Numbered from the stretch's first letter, positions 10,761 to 27,712 are shown. The stretch: DNA of 64,000 bases from an uncultured Thermoleophilaceae bacterium (GCA_963734165.1 CAVTFZ010000001.1:247546-311545); one strand, 5' to 3'. Program-made: numbers and translations. The notes: generated from the sequence alone by a model not told the origin.

Positions 10761-10783
10761 AAGCTCGAAGACCGACTTCTCTC

Positions 10784-11873
10784 CTACTTCTTCAGCTTGA
10801 ACTTGACCGCCACGCCGGCGTGGTCGGACGGCCAGAGGCCGTTCGGGGCGCGCTCGGCGAGCGTCTTGCCGACGACCCAGCCCTTGAGCGCCTTCAGCTT
10901 CGGTCGCACGAACACGAAGTCGATGCGATGGTCGAAGGCGACTGGGGTCGTGTCGCTCAGGTCCGAGTTGTCGAGGCAGCAGGTGTAGCCCGGATCGCTG
11001 CCCTTCAGCAGGGTCCAGCCGTCCACCAGCCCCGCCCCCGTGAGGGTGTCGTAGGCGCTGGCGGTCGACTCGCGTCCCTGCGGATCGGAGTTCATGTCGC
11101 CGGTGACGAATAGCTGCTTCCTGGTGCGCAGCGGCCCGGTGCTCGACGACGAGCTCCGCAGCTTGGGCGTCGCGCGCAGCGTCGAGGGCGGCCTCCAGGT
11201 GGGTGTTGACCAAGCGGAACGGCTTGCCGTCGAGCTTGCCGTCCACCGCCGTCCAGCCGCGCTGGCTGGTCAGCGGACCGCCCTGCGTCGGCACGGTCAG
11301 CTTGAAGGCGTAGTTCTTGCCGGATCGCTTGGTGACCTTGAGGCCCTTGCGTTGCTTGACGAGGATCACGTCGTGCATCGTCAGACGGATGTCGTAGCCG
11401 GCGTCGATCTGCGCCTCGATGTCGGCCTCGGCCTGCTGGCTGCCGACCTTGTAGCGCAGGCCGGCGCGCTTGAGCTCGGCGCGCAGGATCTGCAGGAAGT
11501 CGTAGACGACCTGGGTGGAGGGCGTCGCCTGGCCGTCGCCGGCGCCCGGCGAGCGCCGCCAGGTGGCGACCTCCTGCAGACCGATCAGATCCGGCTTGAC
11601 GCGCTTGATCTCCCTGGCGAGCAGCTTCGCCCGGGTCGGGAAGTCGGTCTTCTGCACCTCGGCCCAGAGCACGCCGGCGAGCTGCTGGAACTGGGCCGGC
11701 GTCTGCGCGACGAGCGGTCCGAAGATGTTGCCGCCGAGGTAGATGTTGCGCGACATCACCGTCACGTTCGACGGCTTGGCGTGGTGCTTGCGCGGCTTGG
11801 CGTCAGCGGCCGGTGCGATGAGCGCGAGCGCCGCGAGCGCGGCCAGGACCGCGCGGCGAATCGTTGCGGACAC
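10784..11873 (-). CDS. Secreted endonuclease/exonuclease/phosphatase (EEP) family protein; one frame break
   Basis: GTG 11871-11873 is preceded by AAAGGA. VSATIRRAVLAALAALALIAPAADA is the signal peptide. MSRNIYLGG...DLIGLQEV...FRLVNTHLEA is in ORF 10683..11924. The C-terminus (GDMNSDPQG...FDHRIDFVFV...WPSDHAGV) is in ORF 10784..11095. The break is near 11100-11160. Confidence 0.75.
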
Positions 11874-11962
11874 GGGGTGGTCCTTTCGGGAGCTAGGGGA
11901 TCGTGCCCACCCTAAACGCTCCACAGCGGCCGGGGTTGCGGGATTGCCCGCTACGCAACGAC

Positions 11963-11988
11963 GAGGGGCCGCCAGATGGCGGCCCCTC
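11963..11988 (-). terminator. Stem-loop (11-bp perfect stem, loop AGAT) after the 12018..12830 gene
   Basis: GAGGGGCCGCC-AGAT-GGCGGCCCCTC, 30 nt downstream of the stop. Confidence 0.5.
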
Positions 11989-12017
11989 GCTTGCTGGCAA
12001 ACGTCTTCTGAGTGTGG

Positions 12018-12830
12018 TTACGGGTAGACCGTGCTCAGGAAGGCGGCCTTGAGGGTGGTGTTGGACAGGACCGCGGTGTTTCTTCCGGCCGCGCTCGGCA
12101 GGCCCACGCGGGCGTTGACGAGACCGTTGAGGACACCGAAGCCGATCAGGTCGCAGCCGCTCGCCGACGGCGCCGCGAAGGCGTTGTCGACGAAGGTGTT
12201 CGGGCTGGAGATCAGCAGGCCGTCGGGCACGCCAGGCTCGAACGCCGTCACTCTGCCGGTGATCGGGGTGTTCGGCGGCGGCGGGCTCGTCGTGCCGGTG
12301 GTCAGTCTGAACGTGACCGGACTCGCGGCCGAGCCGATCGAGCAGGTCGAGGTCAGGAATGGATTGATCAGCTTCAGACGGACAGGCAGGATGAGTCTGG
12401 TGTTGTCGGGGTCGCTCAAGTCGGTGATGGGAGTTCCGACGAGGATCGCCTGCGCGTACACTCTGTTCGCGCCGAAGGTGATCAGGTTGACGATGAACTC
12501 GCTCAGACCGGTGAGTCCGGTGAGGCCACCCGGAACGTTCAGCGGGGGCGCCATCAGGCCACCCTGGCTGGTGAACGTCAGCACGCCGGTGGCGAGGTTG
12601 ACCCCGCCGCTGAGGACGATCTGCTGGTTGATCGGCGTGTCCGTGTTACCGATCTGGATGTGTCCGCTGTTGGTCTCGCTACGGAGACACAGCTGGACCG
12701 TGGCCGGCGTGTTGGGGCATCCCGCGAATTGACTGAATCCCGGTGCCGGGGCGGCAAACGCCGATGGCGCCGCCACACACAATGCCGCTACCGCGACGGC
12801 CAAGACGGCCGCCCGCTTGAAGAAACGCAC
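12018..12830 (-). CDS. Secreted protein, unknown function
   Basis: ORF 12018..12830 with a GTG start preceded by GAGGAG. Signal peptide is MRFFKRAAVLAVAVAALCVAAPSAFA. The frame is intact and no motif was recognised. Confidence 0.6.
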   Translation of the reverse strand: MRFFKRAAVLAVAVAALCVAAPSAFAAPAPGFSQFAGCPNTPATVQLCLRSETNSGHIQIGNTDTPINQQIVLSGGVNLATGVLTFTSQGGLMAPPLNVPGGLTGLTGLSEFIVNLITFGANRVYAQAILVGTPITDLSDPDNTRLILPVRLKLINPFLTSTCSIGSAASPVTFRLTTGTTSPPPPNTPITGRVTAFEPGVPDGLLISSPNTFVDNAFAAPSASGCDLIGFGVLNGLVNARVGLPSAAGRNTAVLSNTTLKAAFLSTVYP

Positions 12831-13198
12831 TCTCTACTCCTCTGTTAAACCGCAGAGCGAGGCCGCGCGATCCACGCGGCCCCCTGACATCCGCGGCCGC
12901 CAAAGGGAGACGACCGCGCGCTCAAACTCTAACCGCTCTATAAACCTTGTGTCAAGGGGCCGCGCTCCGCCTCCTCGATCGAAGGTGCGATCAAGAAACT
13001 CCTAGGTTTGAGCTCTACAGAGGCCTATTCAGCTCTGGGTAAGGGGAGTGAGGAGGAGTAATTAGCTTGTCCCCTCATCAAACACTTTGAGTTCTTGATC
13101 TGGCCCCTCCGCGCCCTGGCGTTCCCCACACTCATGTATTTGCCGTTCTCTGGCTCAGCCCTAGGCGGGAGACGGGTAGTAAGCGGTTCTCGGAGGCC

Positions 13199-15123
<1,925 letters not shown>

Positions 15124-15158
15124 CTGCGTTCCCGCTTCCACTGTCGTTCTCCTGACGC

Positions 15159-16067
15159 TTATCGAAGGCCCTCGGCCCCGGCGACGACTTCCATGATCTC
15201 CTGGGTGATCTCCGCCTGGCGCTGGCGGTTGGCCTCCAGGGTGAGGTCGTCGATGAGCTCGCCTGCATTGTCGGAGGCGCTGCGCATCGCGGACATGCGC
15301 GCGCCGTGCTCGGACGCCGTCGACTCGAGCAGCGCCCGGTAGATCGAGATCTCGACGTAGTCGGGCACGAGCCGGGCGAGGATCTCCTCGGGGTCCGGCT
15401 CGTAGATCCAGAGCGCGCGGCCGTGCGGGTCGTCCTCGTGCCTGCGTCGTCGGTCGCCGTCCTCGCCGCCGAGGATGTCCGCCTGCTGCAGCGGCAGCAG
15501 CGTCTCGACGCGCACGTCCTGCTGCATCGCCGAGACGTAGCCGTTGTAGATGATCTCGACGCGGTCGACCTTGCCGTCGACGTAGGCGGCGGTCAGGCCG
15601 TCGGCGATCGCGCGCGCGTCGGCGAACGCCGGCCGGTCGGTGAAGCCGGTCCAGACCCCGCCGGTCTCGAGCCCGCGGAACTTCAGCGAGGACTCGCCGC
15701 GGCGCCCGGACGCGTACCAGAGCACCTCCTTGCCCTCCGCCTTGCAGCTCCGCGGCGCGGCGGTTGCCGGCGCGGATGATCTGCGAGTTGAAGGCCGGCG
15801 AGGCCGCGGTCGCCCGTGACCAGGTGCAGCGCGACGGTGCTGCACCTCGTCCTTCTCCTGCAGGATCGGCAGCGACGGGATGTTGTCGGCGGCCTCGGAG
15901 GCGCGCCGCGTCATCCGCCGGATCGCGTCCGCGTAGGGCCGCAGCTGCTCGATCCGCTGCTCGGCCCGACGCAGGCGCGCGGCGGCGACCATCTCCATCG
16001 CGCGCGTGATCTTGCGGATGTTCTTGACGGAGCCGATGCGGCTGCGGATGTCCTTGACGCTTGGCAT
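15159..16067 (-). CDS. atpG: F1 ATP synthase gamma subunit; the ORF stays open but an internal segment is out of frame
   Basis: [36 protein letters not shown]...[15 protein letters not shown] in ORF 15159..16067. The expected [33 protein letters not shown] is readable only in the other two frames between about 15740 and 15840. Confidence 0.9.
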   Translation of the reverse strand: MPSVKDIRSRIGSVKNIRKITRAMEMVAAARLRRAEQRIEQLRPYADAIRRMTRRASEAADNIPSLPILQEKDEVQHRRAAPGHGRPRPRRPSTRRSSAPATAAPRSCKAEGKEVLWYASGRRGESSLKFRGLETGGVWTGFTDRPAFADARAIADGLTAAYVDGKVDRVEIIYNGYVSAMQQDVRVETLLPLQQADILGGEDGDRRRRHEDDPHGRALWIYEPDPEEILARLVPDYVEISIYRALLESTASEHGARMSAMRSASDNAGELIDDLTLEANRQRQAEITQEIMEVVAGAEGLR

Positions 16068-16091
16068 GGTGGGCGACGGCGGCGAGCCGGC

Positions 16092-17759
<1,668 letters not shown>

Positions 17760-17772
17760 GTCAGAACACTCC

Positions 17773-18306
17773 TTAGGCCGCCTTCGCGACCTGCTTGCGT
17801 AGCTGTTCAAGTCGGTTGCGGACGCTCGCGTCGAGCACCATGTTGCCCACGCGCACGACGAGGCCGCCGAGCAGGTCGGGGTCGACCTTGGAGCTCAGCT
17901 CCACGCGGCGGTCGGTCTGCTCCTCGATGCGCTTGCCGATGTCCTGCACGAGGCCCTCGTCGAGCTCGACCGCGCTCGTGACGGTCACCGGCAGCAGCCT
18001 GTTCTCCTTGGCCCAGAGCTGCTCGAAGGCGCGTCGGATGCGCGGCAGCACCGGCATCCGGTGCCGCTCGGCGAGCAGCTTGAGGAAGTTCACCACGCGC
18101 TCGTCGGCGTCGGAGACGACGCGCTCGACGCCCTTGCGCTTCTCCTCGGAGGAGAAGTACGGCGAGAAGAAGAACAGCCGCAGGTTGCGGTCCTGCCCGA
18201 GCGCGTCGGCGAACTCGCCCAGCTCGTCGCGCACGCGATCGAGGACGCCATGCTCCTTGGCGACCTCGAACAGCGAGCGCGCGTAGACCTCGGCGATCTC
18301 CTGCAT
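17773..18306 (-). CDS. atpH: ATP synthase delta (OSCP) subunit
   Basis: ORF 17773..18306 is intact. The call rests on its position between atpF and atpA and on an OSCP-like sequence (...[24 protein letters not shown]). Confidence 0.85.
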   Translation of the reverse strand: MQEIAEVYARSLFEVAKEHGVLDRVRDELGEFADALGQDRNLRLFFFSPYFSSEEKRKGVERVVSDADERVVNFLKLLAERHRMPVLPRIRRAFEQLWAKENRLLPVTVTSAVELDEGLVQDIGKRIEEQTDRRVELSSKVDPDLLGGLVVRVGNMVLDASVRNRLEQLRKQVAKAA

Positions 18307-18310
18307 GGCC

Positions 18311-18871
18311 TTAGTTCCTCGACTCCTCGCCCGCGAGCGTCGAGAAGTCGACCTCGCTGAGGGCGTCCTGGATCAGGCGACGGTGATCGTCGGGGGTGAG
18401 CGACTTGCGCGTGACCTTCTCGGTGGCGATCAGCGTCAGGTCGGCGACCTCCTTGCGGATCTGGTCGACCGCGCGGCGCGTCTCGGCCTCGATGTCGCGG
18501 CGCGTGGCCTCCATCAGCTCCTCGCGCTGCTGGCGGGCCTGGGCCTTCGACTCGTCGGCGAGGCTGTCCGCGGCCTTGCGGGCGCGCGCGACGATGTCCT
18601 CGGCCTGCTCGCGGGCCTCGCGCAGGCGCGCGCGGTACTCCTCGAGCAGCTGATCGGCCTCCTGCTTGGTGCGCTCGGCGTGGTCGATCGACTCCTCGAT
18701 CGCGCGGCGGCGCTTGTCGAGCGCCTCCGCGATGCGGGGGAACGCCAGCTTGTTGAGCAGGTAGAGGGTGATGCCGAAGGCGAGCAGGGTCCAGATCATC
18801 AGCCCCACGTTGGGGCTGACCAGGAAGCTGCCGCCTCCTTCTTCCTCCGCTGCTGCCAGGAACGTCAGCAT
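18311..18871 (-). CDS. atpF: ATP synthase Fo subunit b
   Basis: ORF 18311..18871 is intact. It has a single N-terminal TM followed by a long charged helix (EEYRARLREAREQAEDIVARARKAADS). Confidence 0.85.
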   Translation of the reverse strand: MLTFLAAAEEEGGGSFLVSPNVGLMIWTLLAFGITLYLLNKLAFPRIAEALDKRRRAIEESIDHAERTKQEADQLLEEYRARLREAREQAEDIVARARKAADSLADESKAQARQQREELMEATRRDIEAETRRAVDQIRKEVADLTLIATEKVTRKSLTPDDHRRLIQDALSEVDFSTLAGEESRN

Positions 18872-18875
18872 CGGC

Positions 18876-20054
<1,179 letters not shown>

Positions 20055-20058
<4 letters not shown>

Positions 20059-20456
20059 CGCTTGCCGCCCATGTCGAAGGGACGCGTGGCCATCTGCGTG
20101 GTGAACCACATCGTGAACAGCACGATCGAGAGCACCGCGGCGCTCAGTCCCGCCTCGCGCTCGACCATGCCGGCGCCGAAGATCGCCAGCGCGACCAGCC
20201 AGCCGCGGCCGATCATGCTGCCGGTCAGCAGGCCGGCGACCGTGCGCGGGTCGCCCGAGGCGCGGGCGCGCTTGTTGGCCTGGTCGGCGATCACGCGCTG
20301 CGCGATCCAGGCCGCCGCGGCCGTCCCCCAGCCCAGCAACGGGAGGTCGGCCAGCACGAACAGCGGCAGCGCGAGCGCCAGCACCACCAGATCGAGGTGC
20401 TTGAGCGCGCGCAGCGCGAAGGGGTCGTTCGGTGCGTTCAGAGCGTGCGTTGCCAA
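20055..20456 (-). CDS. Small hydrophobic protein upstream of atpB (AtpI-like position)
   Basis: C-terminal part of ORF 20055..20675. A candidate TTG at 20454-20456 follows GGGAG. There are 3-4 hydrophobic segments. Its stop overlaps the atpB GTG (GTGA). The start is uncertain. Confidence 0.45.
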
Positions 20457-20542
20457 AGGGGGTGCTCCCGGTGAAGACGGTCCTGCTGGACCCGGGGCGG
20501 TCGGCTTCTCCGCCGGGGCCTGAGAGGCTACACGTTTCGAGG

Positions 20543-20563
20543 ACTTTGTGACTACTTTGTGAC
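20543..20563. repeat. Tandem direct repeat ACTTTGTGAC-T-ACTTTGTGAC upstream of the atp operon
   Basis: Read directly; the period is 11 bp. Confidence 0.5.
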
Positions 20564-20678
20564 ATACGCCTCGGACGGGTGGTCGAGGCGACTTCACCAC
20601 TCCCCCGCTCAAGCAGTGCCCGATTCGGCGGCACATCGAGGATCTCTCCGACCTACCGACAAAACAGAGATCCAATCA

Positions 20679-20713
20679 CCGTCAAAATGGGCTTCTAAGG
20701 GCCGTCAAAATGG
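20679..20713. repeat. 12-bp direct repeat CCGTCAAAATGG x2 (20679-20690 and 20702-20713) in the atp/GH26 divergent spacer
   Basis: Read directly; the two copies start 23 bp apart. Confidence 0.5.
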
Positions 20714-20760
20714 AATAGCGCTCGATGGTCCCTGAGGACGAGTAGCCCATACTCCGACCG

Positions 20761-21879
20761 GTGGGACGGCTTGTCCTCGCGACGACGATCTGCGCGATCG
20801 TGCTACTAACGCTCGCTCAGCAGGCGGGCACACGGCCGCCGCTAGCAAGTCAGCACGCCGCAACCGATGATGGATCGGCGTGCCGAGCGGCCTGCCGCGA
20901 GCGGACGGCGAGGGCGGCCTGGGAACGGGCCTACGCACCGCCGGGACGCAAGGTCTTCTGGGGCGGGCAAGGCGGCTACTCGGCCGCGAGCATCGCCGAC
21001 TTCGGGACGCAGTCGGGCAAGCACCCGGCGGTGTTCAACTACTTCATCTCCTGGCGCGCGAGCTTCTCGGACATGCACTGGCTGTCGTTCCGGCTCTCGG
21101 ACGCCACCCGCCAGCGGGCACGGCCGCTGCTGTCGATCTCCAGCGACGGCACCGGGCTGACGCCGCAGGGCATGGCCCAGGGCGCCGGGGACGGCTTCCT
21201 CGTCGCGCTCACCCGGCTGCTGGCCGAGCAGGGGCAGGTGACCTACCTGCGACCGCTGTCGGAGATGAACAACGGCAACAACTCGTATTCGGCCTACGAC
21301 CTCGGCGGCAACTCGCGCGGCGCCGCCTACGCGCCGGCCTGGTTCAAGCGCGCCTGGCGACGACTGGCGCTGATCGTGCGCGGCGGCGACGTACGCGCGA
21401 TCGACCGCAAGCTGCGGCGGCTGGGGCTGCCGCCGGTGCGCGTCGCCGGCGATGCGCTGCCGTCGCCGAAGGTCGCGTTGATGTGGGTGCCGCTGTCGCT
21501 CGGCAACCCGGAGATCGAACGCAACCACCCGCGCCACTTCTGGCCCGGCGGTCGCTACGTCGACTGGGTCGGCACGACCTGGTACTCGCCCTACAAGCGC
21601 TCGGCCGTGATGGACCAGCTCTATCGCGGCAGGCAGTGGCGGAGCAAGCCGTTCGCGTTCGCCGAGTGGGGCGTCTGGGGTGGCGAGGACCCGGGCTTCG
21701 TCAGGCAGTTCTTCGGCTTCCTGCGCTCCCACCCGCGCGTGCGCATGGCCGTCTACTACCAGTCCGCCTCGCTCAAGCCGGAGTTCGCGCTGCGCAACCA
21801 CCCGGCGAGCCGGGCCGCCCTGCGACGGGCCGTCGGCTGGAGCCGCCTGAGCGGCTACGCGCCCGAGCTGGCGCCCTAG
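20761..21879 (+). CDS. Secreted GH26-like glycoside hydrolase
   Basis: ORF 20761..21879 is intact. It has an N-terminal hydrophobic signal, YLRPLSEMNNGNNSY and FAFAEWGVWGGED (GH26-style acid/base and nucleophile contexts). Confidence 0.5.
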   Translation: MGRLVLATTICAIVLLTLAQQAGTRPPLASQHAATDDGSACRAACRERTARAAWERAYAPPGRKVFWGGQGGYSAASIADFGTQSGKHPAVFNYFISWRASFSDMHWLSFRLSDATRQRARPLLSISSDGTGLTPQGMAQGAGDGFLVALTRLLAEQGQVTYLRPLSEMNNGNNSYSAYDLGGNSRGAAYAPAWFKRAWRRLALIVRGGDVRAIDRKLRRLGLPPVRVAGDALPSPKVALMWVPLSLGNPEIERNHPRHFWPGGRYVDWVGTTWYSPYKRSAVMDQLYRGRQWRSKPFAFAEWGVWGGEDPGFVRQFFGFLRSHPRVRMAVYYQSASLKPEFALRNHPASRAALRRAVGWSRLSGYAPELAP

Positions 21880-21983
21880 CGCCCCGCTCCATCCGCTCCG
21901 CCATCTATTTTGACTCATCAACAAATCGGCCCCGGCGCTGCTACCAACAGCCCGGGGCCCGGCACAGGAGGACTACGACTCCC

Positions 21984-22268
21984 ATGCTCCACAACCCTAA
22001 CCCGGGCCTCGCGCCCGGCGACTGCGAGCACGCGCTCGAGCAGGCGTTGCTCGATCTCCTCGTCCACGACCACCCCGGCCTCTGGAGCCTTCCCGAGCTG
22101 ACGCGCTCGCTGACCTCCAGCAGCCAGACCGCCGCCACCGGCGAGCCGCCAGCGCACGACACCGAGGACGCCATCGAGCGCCTCTACGCCGCTGGCCTGC
22201 TTCACCGCGTCGGCCAGTTCGTGTTCGCCACCCGCGCCGCGCACAACGCACAGCGCCTGGCGAGCTAA
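21984..22268 (+). CDS. Small hypothetical protein (94 aa), possibly winged-helix-like
   Basis: ATG at 21984 is preceded by GGAGGA, in the frame of spurious ORF 20880..22268. MLHNPNPGLAPGDCEHALEQALLDLLVHDHPGLWSLPELTRSL... Confidence 0.4.
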   Translation: MLHNPNPGLAPGDCEHALEQALLDLLVHDHPGLWSLPELTRSLTSSSQTAATGEPPAHDTEDAIERLYAAGLLHRVGQFVFATRAAHNAQRLAS

Positions 22269-22328
22269 CCCACCCACAACCCCGGGGCGCCGCACAGAGC
22301 AGCCGGCGCCCCGACCCCTCCCAGAAGC

Positions 22329-23512
22329 TCAGGACACCTCGAGCTCGAGCTGGCCGAGCGCACGCTCGAACGGATCGTCGGTCTCCTTCGGCGCGCGACC
22401 CGCTCGGATTCGCTGCTGTTCGGCGAGCAGCACCGGTTCCGCCAGGTAGTAGCGCCCGCGCCGCTCGCCGATCGGCTTGAACAGGCTCGCGTCGACGATG
22501 GCCTTGAGATCCCTGCTTGCCGTCAGTTCCGAGAGCGTCTCTCCGTGCGTGATCTCGACAACCTCCCGATAGGAGGCGTTACGCAACCGGAGACCCAGAG
22601 CCGCCTCCGCCAGGGGCCCGGCTGCGCGCTCGGGCAGCCCGTGCTTGTCCGCGAGCTCGGAGCAGGCGACGTACAGCCGCTCCGTCTCCTGGATGCGACG
22701 GACCTGCGTGCGGGCTTGGTGGTAGTGCGCGGTCAGGCAGAAACGCACCCACGGCCGCGCGCTGTGACGCGGATTCCAGCTCCCCTGCCCGACGTCGCCC
22801 AGCACGCCGTAGTAGGCGTCGGTGTTGCGTCCGAGATATTCCTCGATGCTCGAGAAGACCGGCGCGACGATCTGCTCGCGGGCTAGGACCAGCGTTTGCA
22901 GGCAGCGCGCCATGCGGCCGTTGCCATCGCTGAACGGGTGGACCATCACCAGGTTGAGGTGCGCCATCGCCGCCCGGATCAGGACCGGCGCCGCGCTGTC
23001 TTCCAGCTCTTCGATGGTCGCCGCGATCAACTCCGGGATCCGTTCGTGATCGGCCCCTCGTAGACGATCTCGCCGGTTGCCTCTCGCTTGACGTAGATCG
23101 CACCGGGACGCCAGCGGCCCGGGTTCTTGTCGAGGCGATGCTTGAGCATCATGAAGTGCAGCGACTTCAGCAGCCCTTCGTCGACCTTGACCGTCGCCGG
23201 ATCCTGCGCCAGTTGGAGGACGTAGGTCATGGCGTCTCGGTAGCCCCCAAGAGCGAGGCGAGTCTCCTCGTCCGCCGAAAGCGTCGGCTCGTTGTCCACG
23301 GCTGCCACGACGTCGTCGAGGCTCGCGTCGTAGCCCTCGATGCTGTTCGAGGCCTGCACGGCCCGCGCAAAGGCCATCCGCCGCAGGTGGCCCGCCCACC
23401 GGCGCGGCTTCTCGGCAACCCTGAATCGCAGCTGCTCGCGCAACTCGTCGATCAGATGCAGGACTTCCGCCTCAACGGGCTCGACCTCGGGTGTCCGGAA
23501 GACCACATTCAT
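22329..23512 (-). CDS. Fic-domain protein (class II type with internal inhibitory helix); one frame break
   Basis: ORF 23027..23512 carries AVQASNSIEGYDASL (the S-x-x-x-E-G inhibitory motif). The ORF 22329..23399 tail carries MVHPFSDGNGRMARC (the HxFx(D/E)GNGRxxR Fic motif). The break is near 23035-23050. Confidence 0.8.
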
Positions 23513-23626
23513 GATAGAAAGATTCTATCAATCTATCGGCCGGTGGTGCGGCTCCACAGAGCCAGCCGAATGATGGATTGACAGAAAAAATCTATCGCGA
23601 TCGGAGAAGGGCCCGTTCACGACCAG

Positions 23627-23917
23627 TCACCCACCGAGTCCGTAGGAGCGGTCGTACTTCCCCTCGATCTCGTGCTCGATCTCAGGCCAGTCCGCAACTG
23701 GCATCGGCTCAGCCGACAGCAGCGACTCGGCGGCTCGCTGGCGACGATCGAGCTCCTCATCGAGGAGCCGGTCGATTGCCTGCCGAATCAGCGCTCCCAG
23801 CGACTCTCCCGAGCGCTCGGCCTGCTCGCACAGGCGCTCGTAGCGCTGCTCATCCAGCAGGATCTGAATGCGTCCCGACGGCACGCATGCAGATTGGCAT
23901 ACGTTCAGTGGCTCCAA
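23627..23917 (-). CDS. Ribbon-helix-helix (CopG/VapB-like) antitoxin-type protein, no cognate toxin adjacent
   Basis: ORF 23627..23917. GRIQILLDEQRYERLCEQAERSGESLGALIRQAIDRLL is a typical RHH N-terminus. The start is TTG 23917 or GTG 23884. Confidence 0.6.
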   Translation of the reverse strand: MEPLNVCQSACVPSGRIQILLDEQRYERLCEQAERSGESLGALIRQAIDRLLDEELDRRQRAAESLLSAEPMPVADWPEIEHEIEGKYDRSYGLGG

Positions 23918-23920
23918 CGG

Positions 23921-25052
23921 TCAGCGCTCGGCCTCACGCTCACGCGCATGGTCGGCGACGATGCGCAGGTCGACGCCGGGCAGTCCGCGGATCAGACGGT
24001 CGGACAGCGATTCGCGCAGGCGGCCGAGGCCGTGGCGCGGGCGCGGCTCGCCCATGATCACGTAGGTGATGCGCCGCTCGGCAGCCAGGCGGGCGGCGAC
24101 CTCGACGAGATCCTCCCCCTCCTCCACGTGCAGGCGCGCGCCGAGCAGCGAGGCCAGGCGGCGCAGTGCCTCGAGGCGCTCGCGCTGCTCGCCCTGCGGC
24201 GGCACGCCGGGCTTGACGACGTAGAGCAGGTCGAGCGTCGCGCCCAGGCGCTGGGCCGAGCGCCAGGCGCGGCGCACCAGGCGTTGCGAGGAGGGTGACG
24301 GCGTGACGAGCGCGAGCACGCGCTCGGCCACGGCCTCCGGCACCGGCGCAACTCGCTGGTCCTCGCGCGTGCCGAGCTGCTCGGCTCCAGGCGCCACGCG
24401 CTTGGACTCGACCTCCTCGGCAACCTCGCGCAGCGCCACCTCGCGCAGCGCCGCCAGGTTCTCGATGCGGAAGAAGCCGGTCAGCGAGGCCGCTACGCGC
24501 TCGGGCGGGTAGACCTTGCCCTCGCGCAGACGCTGGATCAGCGCCTCGGGCGTGAGGTCGACCAGCACGACCTCGTCGGCGTCGCTGAGCACGCGGTCCG
24601 GGAAGGTCTCGCGTACGCGCACGCCGGTCAGCTCGGCGACGCGGTCGTTGAGGCTCTCCAGGTGCTGGACGTTGACCGTCGAGAAGACGTCGATGCCGGC
24701 CTCCAGCACGTCCTCGATGTCCTCGTAGCGCTTGCGGTGCTCGGCTGCCGGGCGCGTTGGTGTGCGCCAGCTCGTCGACCAGGCAGAGGTCGGGCGCGCG
24801 CAGGAAGATCGCCGGCAGGTCCATCTCCTCGACCTCGGTGCCGCGGTACTCGAGGCGCCTGCGCGGCAGCTGCTCGAGCCCCGCCGCCTGCGCGGTGGTC
24901 TCTGGACGGTCGTGCGGCTCGAGGTAGGCGATCACCACGTCGCGGCCGGCCGCCCGCGCGGCCTGACCCTCCTGGAGCATGCGGTAGGTCTTGCCGACCC
25001 CGGCGGCCATCCCGAGGAAGATCTTGTAGCGACCGCGACCGTCGTCGGCCAT
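23921..25052 (-). CDS. kdpD: Stand-alone KdpD N-terminal sensor domain plus Usp domain protein (no kinase domains); one frame break
   Basis: ORF 23940..25052 has MADDGRGRYKIFLGMAAGVGKTYRMLQEG...VIAYLEPHDRPET...LCLVDELAHTNAPGS. ORF 23921..24709 has LEAGIDVFSTVNVQHLESLNDRVAELTG...LTPEALIQRLREGKVY...FFRIENLAALREVALR followed by a Usp-like region. The break is near 24715-24730. The gene ends at 23921 without DUF4118, HisKA or HATPase domains. Confidence 0.8.
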
Positions 25053-25070
25053 CGCCCGATTGTCCTGCGC

Positions 25071-27124
<2,054 letters not shown>

Positions 27125-27128
<4 letters not shown>

Positions 27129-27712
27129 CGTCCCTCCCGGTCGAGCGCCAGGTTCAGCGTCAGCACGTTCACGCCCGGCTCGCCGAGCACGCCGAGACCG
27201 CGCCCGTCCGTGTTCTCGTCGACCAGCTCGCGCACCCGAGCGAGCGGCAGCCGGCGGACCTTCGCCACACGGTTGGCCTGGATGCGCGCGTTCGCCTGCG
27301 AGATGTGCGGATCGACGCCGGAGGCCGAGGTCTGTACCGCGTCCGGCGGCACGTCGGCGCGCCGCAGGCCGGGGGTGAACGGCCGCTCGCGCTTCAGGTA
27401 GTCCGCGCAGGTTCTTGGCGAACAGCGCGCGCAGCTCGGCGTTGTTCGGTCCGAGGTTGTTGAAGAACGTGCCGGCCGGGTTGTAGCCGGTGGCCGAGGG
27501 CCGCGACTGGAAGTAGCGCTGCCGCCCCTTGAAGTCCTGGCCGATCACCGGCCGAGCCGATCGGTCTTGCCGTCGCGCTCGATGCGGCTGCCGTCGGCCT
27601 TGTTCGGGAACAGCACCTGGGCCACGCCCGTAGTCAGCAGCGGGTAGGCGAGGCCGAGCAGGACGGTGAAGACCAGAACGGCGAGGACGGAGTTGAGCAA
27701 GTCGCGTTTCAT
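27125..27712 (-). CDS. kdpC: K+-transporting ATPase subunit C; two frame breaks
   Basis: Manual read from ATG 27710-27712: [42 protein letters not shown]. Then [38 protein letters not shown] (ORF 26526..27548). Then [41 protein letters not shown]...[16 protein letters not shown] (ORF 27125..27352). The start overlaps the kdpA stop, and the stop overlaps the kdpB ATG. Confidence 0.85.

Noticed and set aside
9236-13160. Lower-GC patches (9.2-10.7 kb, 12.85-13.16 kb, 41.9-42.7 kb, 23.5-23.6 kb) considered as mobile elements or genomic islands.
   Set aside because: No integrase, transposase, recombinase, tRNA attachment site, or terminal inverted or direct repeats were found, so I do not annotate any mobile_element feature. 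They are reported only as compositional anomalies.
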